Source of the DNA: Trichosphaerium sp. ATCC 40318
Lineage: Eukaryota; Protista; Tubulinea
Direction of reading: 5' to 3'
NCBI GenBank assembly: GCA_038496445.1
Contig: JALMLS010000309.1
Span: 186,001 to 250,000 of the forward strand
Length of the DNA stretch: 64,000 bases
In this document: piece by piece, positions 39,884 through 52,409 of the stretch
Layout of the letters: each line of letters begins with the position of its first letter
Numbering within the stretch: position 1 is the stretch's first letter
Program-made: the position numbers and the translations under genes
The notes under the pieces: generated by a model
Database searches by the model: none
The model's input: only the letters and a program-made list of their open reading frames with translations
Told to the model about the DNA's origin: nothing

Positions 39884-40894
39884 CTATTTACTGACCACTT
39901 GTTGTATTTGTTCGATCAAGTTACCATTGTTATACGTACATTGAACTTCTAGTTCTCCATCATTGTGCCAACGCTTGTAGTCTCCATGCCACTCATCGTT
40001 TACGTAAAAACCATGCTCATTTAATACACCATCATCATACCAACTCTTGTACTCTCCATGGAGTTTCCCTTTTACATAAAAGCAATGTTCACATAGTCCT
40101 CCATTGTTGTTATACCAACTTTTTTGCTCTCCTTCCTTCTCACCATTAACATAAAACCGTTGATAACATACACGTCCATTGTGATACCATTGGTAGTTCT
40201 TTCCTTCAAGTACACCGTTACTATAAACGCGATGAGCAATTAATATTCCACGAGAACTCCAAGCCTTGTATTCCCCATGTGACAAACCATTTGCATAACA
40301 AGTCTTCACATACAAGTTTCCATTCTCATGCCAACTCTTACTTTCCCCTTCTTCCTTGCCATTTGAGAAAACTTCAAGTCGGCACAAGTTACCATTCTCA
40401 TGCCACTTTGTGTACTCTCCCTCTAGTTTACCATTGAAGTATAAACAATGCACATGTAATTCTTCATTGTCATGCCATTCTTTGTACTCTCCTTCGATTT
40501 TACCATCGGTGTAAGAGCATATTAACTTATCTTGTCCATTTTCAAACCACTCCTTGTACTCTCCTTCGAGTTTACCGTTGACAAAAAGGCATCTCGTGGA
40601 AAGTTGACCGTTTTTATGCCAACGTTTAAATAATCCATGTTTATCCAACGCACTGTTGTACCTGGTTGTCACTGCTGCTTTTATGGATAATAACGGCCAA
40701 ACAATGTATGAGATTGTGCTTAAATCCAATACATCTAGTTGTAACTCAAACGGTAGCTGTAAATCCATTACATCTAGTTGTAACTCAAACGGTAGCTGTA
40801 ACAAGCCACAACAATCTACTTCTGCTTCTGTTATCTTGTTTTTGGTTATTCTCTGATTATTACTGCTGTTTTGTACCTCTTGCTTTGCTTCCAT
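39884..40894 (-). CDS. F-box-like + MORN-variant (YwqK-like) repeat protein
   Basis: Paralog of 20719-21651; intronless; F-box core tandemly duplicated. Confidence 0.9.
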   Translation of the reverse strand: MEAKQEVQNSSNNQRITKNKITEAEVDCCGLLQLPFELQLDVMDLQLPFELQLDVLDLSTISYIVWPLLSIKAAVTTRYNSALDKHGLFKRWHKNGQLSTRCLFVNGKLEGEYKEWFENGQDKLICSYTDGKIEGEYKEWHDNEELHVHCLYFNGKLEGEYTKWHENGNLCRLEVFSNGKEEGESKSWHENGNLYVKTCYANGLSHGEYKAWSSRGILIAHRVYSNGVLEGKNYQWYHNGRVCYQRFYVNGEKEGEQKSWYNNNGGLCEHCFYVKGKLHGEYKSWYDDGVLNEHGFYVNDEWHGDYKRWHNDGELEVQCTYNNGNLIEQIQQVVSK

Positions 40895-41198
40895 TGACTT
40901 TGCCAATTCAAGTCATTAGACGGAATGTTCTTTTTTTTCAGTCCCTTTTTTTAATGCCAACAGCAAAGAGCTGGACCTGGGGCTGACTGCTCTGCCAATT
41001 TTTGCTTTTTTTGGCTAACTGCTTGATTTTGGGACCTATCGTAAAAGAAGCCTTCAACTGGTAGAACTGTTATACAATCAAGAAGGTAGGTGTCAAGATT
41101 ACTTAGCAAGTATGTAGCTTAAACATATTTGCATCTCATAAAAGAATCACGTTTCTTACATTCGCTACAATAATTAACCTTTGTTACACATGTTTTTG

Positions 41199-43158
41199 TT
41201 ACTGTAGCTTGTCCACCCTCACGTTATCAATAGTAAATACACCATTACCAGCGCCTCCTAAGAACATCCTAAAAGTCAACTGCGAAGTGCCACCGTAGCC
41301 AGCACCAATGTCGAAAAAGAAACGCATAGGCAATGTCGAAGGAAAAAAGTCACGACCTCCAGCTGAAAAACCAAGCCTATCATACCATAACTCCACTCTT
41401 ATCTTGGATCCTTGGACAGTGTTACCTGAACTTGACCATGCATCAAAATGAATCCTGTACCTCGAGGGACCAGGATGTTCCCAATCGAAATTTCCATTCG
41501 ACAATTCTACTCCTCTTAAATCGAAGCTATTGTACATTTTGACAAAGCCTGATACACCCCCTCTATATCCTAGAGGATCTACGCTAGCAGGATAAACTGC
41601 AGATAATGTCCAAGCAGTCCTATCGCCGTTCCCAGAAAACTGCCCGTTTTTAGGAGAGTTGGTCGTTGGGAGGTATTGAGGCGCAAGATATCCTCCAATG
41701 TTGTCCTTCATGTCTTCTAAAGTTACTATTGCACTTGCCACTCTTACTTCATCATGATATATCTCTCTTTTTGGTATGGTACGACCAGCCGAAGGGTTGT
41801 ACCTGTCGTAGTGGTAGATACCGAGTTTAAACTCTAAGTTGTTTTTGACTTCATTGAAAATAGTTGGACCGTTGTAGTTTACGACTAAAGCGCCGTTCCG
41901 CCAAATCTTAAGAAATCCGTTATCGTCACTCTGCCACTTTGAGTGTATTATCCATTTGACCCATCGGTTCTTTACAAATGGCTCGAAGTAGTGTGTAACG
42001 CCGACAATGTCGGTACTACTAGGGTTATTTACAAGTGAGTATTTGGTCACAATAGCCAGCTTGTCACGTCTCAGGTCAAAGGCGAGAGGTGGGTTTAACG
42101 ATGATCCTGCATCTTGTTCTACACGCCATTGAGCAACGATATCTCCCTCATTAGCATTTTCCCAGTCCGTAGGAACTTTCATGTTGAACGCATACCTGTT
42201 ACGGAAATAGTTAGTTTCACCAGACCGAAATGGCAAAGTCAAAGGTCACGTGCCAATTTTCTGTGCCTAAACCGCCAGCTCCAAACTCACAATCAAGTTC
42301 TGCACGATCTCTGAAAGGAAAATTAACTGTGTCTTGATAGCGCCAAGTAGTAAGGTGTCCACGTCCCACATATCCACTACAGTACAAATGAGTAAAAGTA
42401 AGAACGGACAACTTTAGACAACCATGTTTTTGTATTTAGAAGCCACGTGTTTTCTGGACGTACCCAGATACTATTTGTGATGATATAGTAGATGGTAACA
42501 AGTGAGTCTTCCATACAGGGGACCTTGTATAGTAATTGAAATTGTCATGAAAGTTGAGTGCAGTGTCATAGTTGGAGGAACTCAAATCGACGTAATTTCG
42601 TCCTCTGTATACTGTTGGGTTACTGCTAGTACGTGGGACTTGACCTGATCTTGTTGTAATAAATATCTGATCGATCTGTGACGGTTCATAGAGGGCAGTC
42701 CTGTCGTGCACAATAATCAGCGAATTCTGACCTTGTTGCATATCGAAGGCAACTGCATTTGATCTAGCCGTTGCGTGACCGCCATTGTTGATTCTAACCC
42801 ACTCCAATGAAGACGTCCGAAACACTCGAGAGTCGGAAACTGGATTTTGAAGTGAGGTGCCCAAAGAAACCGAATATGGTAATTTTTCTGAATACAACGC
42901 CTTTTCTCGCTCTCCTTGCGATGTGATACGGAGCCAAACGTAGTATTTCCTACTCTCTCGCAAGTTCAGTATGTACTCAGCTTTCCCTTGATTCCAACCG
43001 GCCCATATAGGCGTTTGGATCACGTGACAGCCCTTTGCGAGGCTTGCTTTGCCTATTTTCATTGGAGCTGTTATAACGCCATTTTCAGCCTCTAGATAGA
43101 AGCTCTCGTGTGCATAGGCTGCGCAGATTACTACAGTCACCCAAATCAATAGTTTCAT
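41199..43158 (-). CDS. Secreted polysaccharide-lyase-like protein (heparinase I/Polysacc_lyase-like jelly roll) flanked by CBM-like modules
   Basis: Signal peptide; YLEAENG...IDQIFIT (CBM6/35-like); DRAEL, ENWYAF, IVAQW, PPLAF, GFLKIWRNG, FKLGIYH, IYHDEVRV; NGQF...IDNVRV (CBM4/9-like). Confidence 0.75.
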
Positions 43159-44478
43159 AACAGCTAGCGAGAGGAGTGCGCAAGTTGTGAATGATGGTTT
43201 GACGGAACAAGAAACAAAACTCTGAAAACAGGTGAAGATATTTTGTACCTTCCGCCATTGTCGCTACTATTTACAATTTCCAATAGACAGGCACACGTGT
43301 TTGGTGCCATCTTTCATCTGTGTTCTGACTTTATCGTTTTAAACTTTAGAGCTTTGATATCTGCGCGTCTTTTAGGTTTCATAATAGGTGATTCTACGCC
43401 GGGTGATCCAATACTAGGCACAACTGTGACACTAGGTACACGCGGGCGCTGAAGTTTAAAATAACGAGCGACTTAGGTTTGCCCATATCATCATGTTTTC
43501 ACTTGTGCTGCTAGAGAGAAAGTAAGCTTGTTTCTTATATTATTAATTGTTATCATGTCTGTCATAGCTGCTTCGGACATGCTGCGTCTCGCTCGTTTTT
43601 ATACCACCATCTTTTGTACCAGACTTTCTTGATAGAATAAGAGTGGTGTATACCAAGAACCATCGCCTAGGCAAAACCATTTGATTCCTTCTTACGAGAT
43701 ATTTGCGAATGTGGCTCAAACACAAAAGAAAACTAATTTCGAAAACTTCTAATATTACTTTGATCTCTGTTAGTCAGCTGTGTTACCTACGTATTCGCAT
43801 AGTTTAAATAACGGTTGCCTGTTAAATACAGTACACGTCGCGGTTGTGACTCCAAAAACGTTAAGTGAATGTGGAAACTTGAATAACAGAATGGTTTTCA
43901 AATTATCAAAACAACATTAACATGTTTTAATAGAAACCAATCTGTGCAATAGATTTCTGAGTCATCCAGTAATTGGAAATATCGTGATTTTTCAACAAGT
44001 TGTTGGTACTGCTTCATCTACAAGGTGTCTACTGTAATATCATAAATGCCATTTTTTTTTTTCTGACTAAAATAACTTCTTTAAAAAACTCACAGCATGC
44101 TTTATATAGTGGGGAGCGCAGTAGTACTGTTAGCATTCATCAAACCTTGCAACCCGCCGGCAAAACACCAAGGCTTAGATAGCTTATGGTCTCTGCTTCG
44201 AGCACGTGCTTCATCGAAATAAACAACACCAGGGCAACTGCAACAGTTCTAGACTCTAGAACAAAAAACAAACCAACAACTCCAACAACGTATCATTAAC
44301 TTCTATCTCTGATGGCAAAGAGAGAACACTAACGCATTCACTGTTACCACACTCAAGCTTGCGCTTGCACAGTTTAGACAAGCGCAAGGATGCACGTGCC
44401 ACTACCTCCCCTTTTTTTTTTTTCTACAAACGTTGCAAACATTGTAAATAAAGTTTGTTTTATCAGGATTTTTTACAA

Positions 44479-47400
44479 TTATTTTACAGCAAAGTCAATA
44501 ATATCTGTTATCTTGTTGGAAACTTTTGTTCGCTTGAACTTCTTGTGAAGATACAATGCTGCTTTCACATTGCCTTTAAAAAAAACGTGAGTGGTAACCA
44601 AGTGCAAATAGGGGGTTGTCGTACCGCAATACACCAGTACAGGAATTTTCTTCCACTTTTTGTTGCCTCGCAATTCTGCAACTAGTTTTTCAGCAGCAAG
44701 CTCTCCACCATCTTCTTCTCGATACCTATTCGTTACAATACGAAGTTTACTACTAGAACAAAATCCATTAAACTTATGTAGCCATGCGATAAGTTCATTG
44801 GAAGAAGTCATTTGAATGACCTAAGAAAAAAATAAGAAACCACAAAACAAACGTTAGGTGAATCAATTTTTTTTTACCTTTACTTTCTTGGGCTTATTCT
44901 CAAGCATGGCCACTACCTGTTTGTTCTCTGATGAAAACTTATCATCTATCCATATAACAAGGGACTTTGCATCACGCCAAGAAAGTGCGAATAAAGTCAA
45001 ATCCATGGCATTAGTATGTTTATAATAAACTAAGTAGCGAGGCAGTATCTGATAAAAAAGTTAAAACAACCAACAAAAGTCATAGGCAAATAAAAGTGTT
45101 CACCTGATTTTTTGAGAATACTACAATCTCATCAGCGTCTGGCGTTTCTGTAGGTTTACAAGGAAAGTAAGTCCTTGCGTTACCCTTTTGTTTTACAACA
45201 GCATAATGTGAGTCGTATCCGGGCTTCGAAAACAATTAACCAAATAACAAAAACATTATAGTGTACCATGCAGGGTTTGCCCAATAGTGATTTTGGATCT
45301 CCCATAACAGGATCTTGAGTAACTGGATATGATTTACCCATCATGACCCATGATATTAGCATACACTGTTCTCCAGTTTCTTGTTTTAACCCAGCATAAA
45401 CAGAACCTGTTGAAAAAAGTTGTTAACAACGTTTTTAATATTATTGGTCACGTGCCATATTTAGGATACTGGGTAAAGTATATACCCTTTCCTTTAATTC
45501 ACTAGTTAGATATAGTATGGGAAAAAGACGATGAGTTACCGAAATACCCAGGATCTTGTTGTTTTTTTAGTTCATGTGGTTCTAAAAAGTTGGTTGTTGC
45601 AATTTTAAAGCTGATATCCTATCACGCCAGTTAGCATTTTTTTTTAAAATGACGAGCATCTATACTGTACCTCGGATGTTCCATGAAATCCTGCAATAAG
45701 ATTTATACCTTCATTACCAGATACGCGCATAACATAGTTTTGCAACTGGCACATAATCCTAAGGAACTTTTACATCCTACAAACCTAGAAATTATATCTG
45801 TTTAACTCACCACTCTTTGTACTCTTTGTCGCCTGTAAAAAAATACATGTAAGCACGTGAAACAGAATAATACGTGCACTATAAAAAATTTGACGTACGG
45901 TCATCTGTATCATGCTCAGACTTCTTCCTTTGGATGGTTCTTTCAACCAAACCATCATAAAATTTTCTGAAGTTGTTTTCTAATGTTGCATTATCAAAAA
46001 ACACAATCTTTGACAGCGAAAAGAATGACTCCTTGTTAACACCCATGAATCTATAGAACATATTTCTAGCTCTAATATATTCTTGAGAACGCTCCTAAAA
46101 CAACAAGTTGTGAGTACAAACAGATTGTGTTGAACTATAGTTGCCTTATCAGTTTCATTGGCAAGGAGCGTTGTAAATCGTAACCCTTCCTTTTCGTTCC
46201 ACTCTCCTTTCTTAAAGAAAGATTCACCGCAAACACTGCTCCATAAATCCGTTCTAACATTTTGAAGAACAGGATAACCTCTCGCCAAGTGCGTTTCTGT
46301 CACTTCACTGCCTAAGGTCGAGAGTCAAAAACCGATGATGACACAGTATTACCTGTTTGTTGACTTTTGTAGGGTACTGGCGGATGCTCAATAAAGTATC
46401 CGCTTTGAACAGCTGCTGGACATTGAGGTATAATTGTTGGATCAAGACGGGACAAGAAAGGATCAAGACACTCCTAATAACTATGTCAGACTAACTATTT
46501 GGATTTACTGAGTTCTGTACCTTCCAAAGATGCGGTGCTGCACCACGCACAACAACATTAAGAACTGGCGGCTGGAAGTAAAGTACTATGTCATTATCAT
46601 AAAAATCTCTTAATATAACAGAGTTACAGAAGAGCTTGTAACGGACATTGTGGTAACCTATAACATATCATTTAACAACTTAACCTATAAACACGTGACC
46701 GTACATCGCAATTGTACTTGCAAATCAGTGAAAGTATCAGAAGATAGCAGTTTTGATGTTACACAAAACGCTAGAAACTTGGGCGTATCATCTAATAAAA
46801 TCAAGCCTTCAGCTAAAACCTATGTGCGTTGTTAATACACGTGTCAATGATGAGTGAACTTACTGGATCACCGTTTTCGTCAGCGTGCACTTGTTCTACG
46901 TGATCAAAGGCCACCGTATCTTTGACGATTCCCTTTAGTTGTAGTAGATCCCAATCTTCATCTGTAGGGCGCATAACATATGTTGTTGGGTCATGACCTC
47001 TATTATCTTCAACAAGAATTTTGTTATCCTCACAATGAGGTCCTTTCAATGCTAAAGATGGAAAATATAGCATATCAGCCTTTGGACGGAGTGACAGTAT
47101 GATGAATCCTCTACACCCATAGTGTGCCTGTAAAACAATTATAAGATACGGTTTTTGGACATACGTTAGCATATAACATACCTCTTCTGCCTTGTTGAGG
47201 CGGAAACAAAACTTCATTACAACAAGAAATTTCATTACAAAATCAGCTTGTTTTTTATCCTCCAAGCCCAACATCTTTGATATCCTGTCTCTCGCTTCTT
47301 GTTCTGTCACTACTGCTGATACTTGCCTTAACTCATTTTCTTTTAAAAGTCTTTTAACATGCTCTTGTGGACCAACAAAGGCGCTCATGACATGTGATAA

Positions 47401-49871
47401 TATCTTTGGATTGATACAAATAGTAAGTGATTCCTACCATAAAAAAAAATGTCAGTTGAGTTTTGTTTAACAGTTGCACGTGTCACCTTGTCGAACATGA
47501 TATCACCAATAGAATGTAAGTAGTCTAATCCACCTATAACTTCGACAGGTGCCATATAAAGAGTTTTTACAGCATGGGCCAAAATCTTTGAACTGCAGAT
47601 AGGAAGAACATGTCAAAACTAGGCGATAGTGTATTTGGCGTACACTGGCATAAAGTCATTCATCGGTCCTTTTTTATCCCTATGAGACTCTTTTATTTGT
47701 TTAAGAAGATCCAGATATACAAGAGGAACATTAGGAAAGTATTTCTTCAAACGCTTTGCTTCTGATGCAAGGATTTCTCTGAAATCTGCTATATTCTTTG
47801 CTGGAAAAAATAAAGTCAGCAAAACTGTTTTACCTTTCTGGTTTTAAAATAACCTACCTACGCATGAACCAAAACACAATAATGCATGTGGAAAGTATTC
47901 ACGTAAAATGATTTTCATGGATTGTTCTGTCTGTGATAAATCACCAGAAACAACATCCAATTTTGAACCCATAACAATGATTGAGTATAATTTCTTGTCT
48001 TGCTGATATAGCACTTTCTGCAACGTTTTACACCAGTGAATAAGATGCGCTTTACTTTCTGCAACAGGTAACGAAACATCAACCTTACTCAATATAAATA
48101 CACACAATGCAGAGAGAAAAAGAGGGAAAACGCACAACTATGAGGTAAATTGATAGTCTTTTTGAAAAGAAGTACTTATGAACTGCCATATACTCCATCT
48201 GTCCTGCAAAGTCTATAATATTGAAAGAAACGCCATACATCCTAGATTATATGTTAGTTTTTCTGATATCACGTGATACTATATCAACAAGAAAACAAAA
48301 AAAGCTACATGCTTGAAAATTTTTGTGTCGAATCCAATAGTGGATGCCACATTGTCTTGCTTCGCTCCTGATAATGCATTTACCAAGGTTGTTTTGCCTT
48401 TTATTTCGTTAGGTATATACAAGTTGAATAATCGAGTTACCTGATCCACCATGACCAAGTACGAGAAGTTTCGCTGAAACCCCTTTTGAAAACTTGTATG
48501 GTGGTAAAAGTTCTCCTATTCTCATTGAAGACTCGTTTTCAATACCTCTTTTCAGGTCTTTAAAGTGCCGCTTTAACTTCTTTACACATGCGTTGTTTCT
48601 ATCGTCAAAAGGTATAACTTTTGCCTGTAGCCAACGCCCAATACCAGTCACTATTGCTCATTTTTAGCATTATTTTTCGACTCAAACGTTTTGGATTGTA
48701 CCTTCCAATAGAGGAATGTGCGACCGCTTAGGATGCAAAATATATAATGTAGGCTTCTGATCAAGATTATCTAGTATTTTAGAAATAAGACCGAATCCCC
48801 ATGTTCGTCTCAAAGCCATAATGAATATGACATTATAGACACTTAAATCTATATTGGGATTTCGAATAACATCATAAACACTGTAGACCTCTTTGATTGA
48901 CAATGCACCAACAAGATTACCAATAGAAGCCTTGTTTTCTGATATAGCAACAGCTTTCATTTTGAACTCATGAGGTGTAGACTTCGACCCTAAATTTTTA
49001 CCTGGCAGCCCAGACATGGTGCCTGTTACTCTGTCTATTAGATCCATTGTATCTCCAGCAACCTTTGGAGGGATCATTGCTTCGTATTTAGGCATCATTC
49101 GATGTGTTAAGATGGTCAATCCGAGAGAAGTAAGCAAGCCTTGGGTAGACTATACACCAGTCAACAACATCTAAATACGAACTTCGAGAAAAAACACGTG
49201 CTGTATACTTTTTTTCGAAAGAGAGAAGAGATGTTCCATATTTATGAGATAACTCTTTAGCTGCATTTGGAGGAATCTTGCTGAATTCGTGATCCATCTC
49301 AATGATTTTCTAAAAATAAGTTATTCATCCATAATGATCTACTTCTAGATACATACAGTGGGCGGAAAGTTGGCATAGGATACATCCATCGCTGTTTTTA
49401 TATACTCTAGCTTTATTCTAGCAAGTGCAAACGAGTCTTTGTTCGAAGCATAGAATAATACGATAAAACCCTCGCAACCTCGTCTGTCAAGGTGTTAAAT
49501 ACGTTATATTGCGTCGGGGCAGTATTCGCACATTTCACGTTTAGTTTCTTCTGGTGCAGCTCCTTTTTGCGTGTATAACAGCTCCATAGTTCTTTGAGTG
49601 CCTGACGCATCAGGAAACGTAACTGAATCGCCCTGAATTTATAAATTAAGGGATTTCAATCCAAAAAGGACTTACAACATCTATAATACGTTAACAACAA
49701 CTTACATAAAGAGCTAGTACCATTTATGAACCCATGATCTGTCCAGCTTGAACCAAAAACGAAAACGCGCACACTTGACCTCACAGACTTTCTTAGGCTT
49801 GAAGCTAACAAGCGAGGGTCTTTATTGACCCTCACCTTTCCCTTTGACATCAATACCTTTCCCTTTGACAT
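44479..49871 (-). CDS. Roco-family protein: degenerate Ras-like domain, Roc GTPase, COR, PARP-type ADP-ribosyltransferase, receiver-like domain
   Basis: KLLVLGHGGSGKTTLV, STIG, IIDFAGQMEY...H.YF, IIVMGSKLD; LDYLHSIGDI, YFPSL (COR); FHGT, DPGYFGKGIYFT, GYDSHY, DEIVVF, QILPRYLVYY; VIWIDD...IPVLVYC. The start codon and one junction near 49150-49210 are uncertain. Confidence 0.8.
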
Positions 49872-50008
49872 CAATGCTGGTCTTTAATTGAATCATAACT
49901 TAGACTGACTTAAACATGGGCAAAACTGTGTTTTTTTTTATTTGGGTGAAAATGGCATCTACAATACGGTTCAAAAGGAACGGTTTGGGGGTTTTTTGGT
50001 GACACAGG

Positions 50009-52190
50009 TTACTCAATACATTCCCCTACTGTGGCTGATATTCTGGTAGGGTCTGATATAGTGACTGTACTTTGGAATCTACGGAACAAACCACTAATGA
50101 AATGACAGGTTAGTGAACACTTGGGTATACTTTGAATTGTGGTCGTACAACATGTTAAAAGATCCTGAACCAGGGGCAGTCTCGAAAACTCTTATAGCTT
50201 GTTGAAGTCTTTCGGCAGTAACCAAGAAAACTTGATTCTATTTTATAACAAGTAAGAAAAAAAGAAGAAATATACTACTAGTAGTCCTTTTTTTGTTTTT
50301 AATAAGCTTACGTTGAAAAATATGATTCCTTCTCTTATTGAATCTGAAGTTAATTCCCAATTTGGTGCAGTACCAACAACATTAACATTACTACGGGAAA
50401 AGTAAGTGAGTTGTACTAAAAAACAGTTGAAGTAAAAGACGAAGCGTACTTGAAGATAATATTGACAGAGCCGACTGTATTGCTATCTCTGGTAGCGCCA
50501 ATATCCACTCCTCCAACAATATGTCCCGCTACCATGATGGTGCGAGCAACAGGGTCAAATGTAACTCTCATATTTCTTTCGATACATGTAACAGTAGTAG
50601 GACGCTAAAACCACAATAAGAACTTACATCACTAAAAAATTCTGGTAGCAACATACTCGGCCAGCATTATCCAACCGCATGCAATATGATGGTGGAGCTG
50701 GAGGGCCACTGGCATCGCCTAGAACGTATTGGCCTGTTGGAAATACACCTCCCGCGAGTGTAAAAGCGCTACATCCCGAAACAGGTGAGACTACAACAGG
50801 AGCATTTGTTGGTGAGTTGGTTGGTGGTGCAAAAGGCGCGTTCGTTGGGGTTAACTGTACAGGTGCGTTTGTAGGAGAGTTCGTTGGTTGTGGAACAGGT
50901 GCATTCGTAGGTGGCTCCGTTGGAGGCGGAAATGGTGCGTTAGTTGGAGCTGTTGTAAATGGGGCGTTTGTTGGAGCTGCTGTTTGTACTGGGGCGTTAG
51001 TAGGTGGTTGTGTTGGTGGTGGAACAGGTGCATTTGTTGGCGGCTGTGTTGGTGGAGGGAATGGCGCATTTGTAGGTGTTAGCACTGGAACAGGTGCGTT
51101 TGTTGGTGCTTGCGTTGGAGGAGGAAATGGGGCATTTGTTGGTGGGACAACTACAGGAACAGGGGCGTTTGTAGGAGGTTGTGTTGGTGGTGGGAATGGC
51201 GCATTTGTAGGTGTCAGTACGGGAACAGGTGCATTTGTTGGTGGCTGTGTTGGTGGAGGAAATGGCGCATTTGTAGGTGTTAGCACGGGAACAGGTGCAT
51301 TTGTTGGCGGCTGTGTTGGTGGAGGGAATGGCGCATTTGTAGGTGTTAGCACAGGAACAGGTGCGTTTGTTGGAGGTAGCGTTGGGGGTGCTACTGGAGC
51401 ATTCGTTGGAGAAGCTGTAACTTGCGCTTGGGCAATTACTCTAACAATGTTCTTCCACATGCACTGCGCGCTAGAAGGCCTTCTGAACATAACCCAAGCC
51501 TGCGTTATATGTGAGCACAGTTATATCTATCACGTGCGCATGAAGCGGTATCAAAAAACGAAAAATATACATACTTGTGCTGTCAAAGTGCCAACGTTTG
51601 TGGCAGGTGCTGTCCAAGTAAAGGACCTTGCGTCTGAAACGTCAAAGCGATTTCTATGACGTATGGAGTTTCTACAACCATCTACTAAGGCTACACCTGT
51701 AGTGTCGAACTTTGCATCATCCGCTATGAACGTCCCGTGTTCAGTTGAGTCATCTGGGTCGTAAATAGACATAAGGAATCCCTAAAAATCATTTTAACGG
51801 ACACAATACCTAACAAACAAAAAAAATCTCAGATTGTAGATTTTTCAGACAGAGTTTGTGTTACAATCGTTTTTTCGCTGTGTTTTACGTACGCGCCATT
51901 CTAAAGGGGCTGTCGCAGTAAAGGTAATTACGTATGTTTCACCTGGTACGTAACCTGAAGTAAATACCGTAGATACGATGTCACCAGGCAAGGAAGGTTG
52001 AGGTCTAATTAAATAAATTAAAGAAAGTGGGGAAGATAAAGAAGATTACGCACTCGTTCGAACACATACCAGGGCATATTGGAGAGGTGGCTGGACATAC
52101 CGATATAGGTGGTGTGAGGCCTCCAAATGACACAACGGTATGCAGAATGCAAGCAACAATCAAAACCAAGATAAGCTGTGAATGTTGCAT
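50009..52190 (-). CDS. Secreted Reeler-domain protein with Pro/Thr mucin-like stalk
   Basis: Signal peptide; YVPGETYVIT...RGFLM...HGTF...C..SIRH...SFTWTAP; PPTNAP repeats. Confidence 0.8.
50800..51415 (-). repeat. Coding tandem repeats PPTQPPTNAPVPVLTPTNAPFP (~66 bp)
   Basis: Visible in the sequence and in the ORF track. Confidence 0.95.
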
Positions 52191-52409
52191 TTTTTTTTCT
52201 AATTGCCGCTTTTTTCGGGTCTCTAAACAGTCAACTCAGGTAGAACATGTGAATTCCCAATACTTTGTCACGTGATCAAATGAAATGCTAGCAAAACTGG
52301 CATTGTAAGCCCGATGAATTTGTTCTGGGTCACAAAAAAATGAATTTTTCTTCTTTACATGGGTTGTCGTTTATTCAAGGAAGATACTTCTCAAAAGGTA
52401 GTTGGGTTG

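Noticed and set aside
45770-49520. In-frame TAA/TGA in the Roco gene suggesting stop-codon reassignment
   Set aside because: Each stop I checked falls inside a plausible intron (for example 48652-48701 and the 48-nt intron near 49485-49532). TAA, TAG and TGA all terminate genes normally elsewhere in the window.
50800-51415. CRISPR-like repeat array
   Set aside because: These are degenerate coding tandem repeats without unique spacers, and no cas genes are present.
50679-51659. 326-aa Gly/Val-rich plus-strand ORF
   Set aside because: Antisense shadow of the Pro/Thr repeat exon of the Reeler gene.
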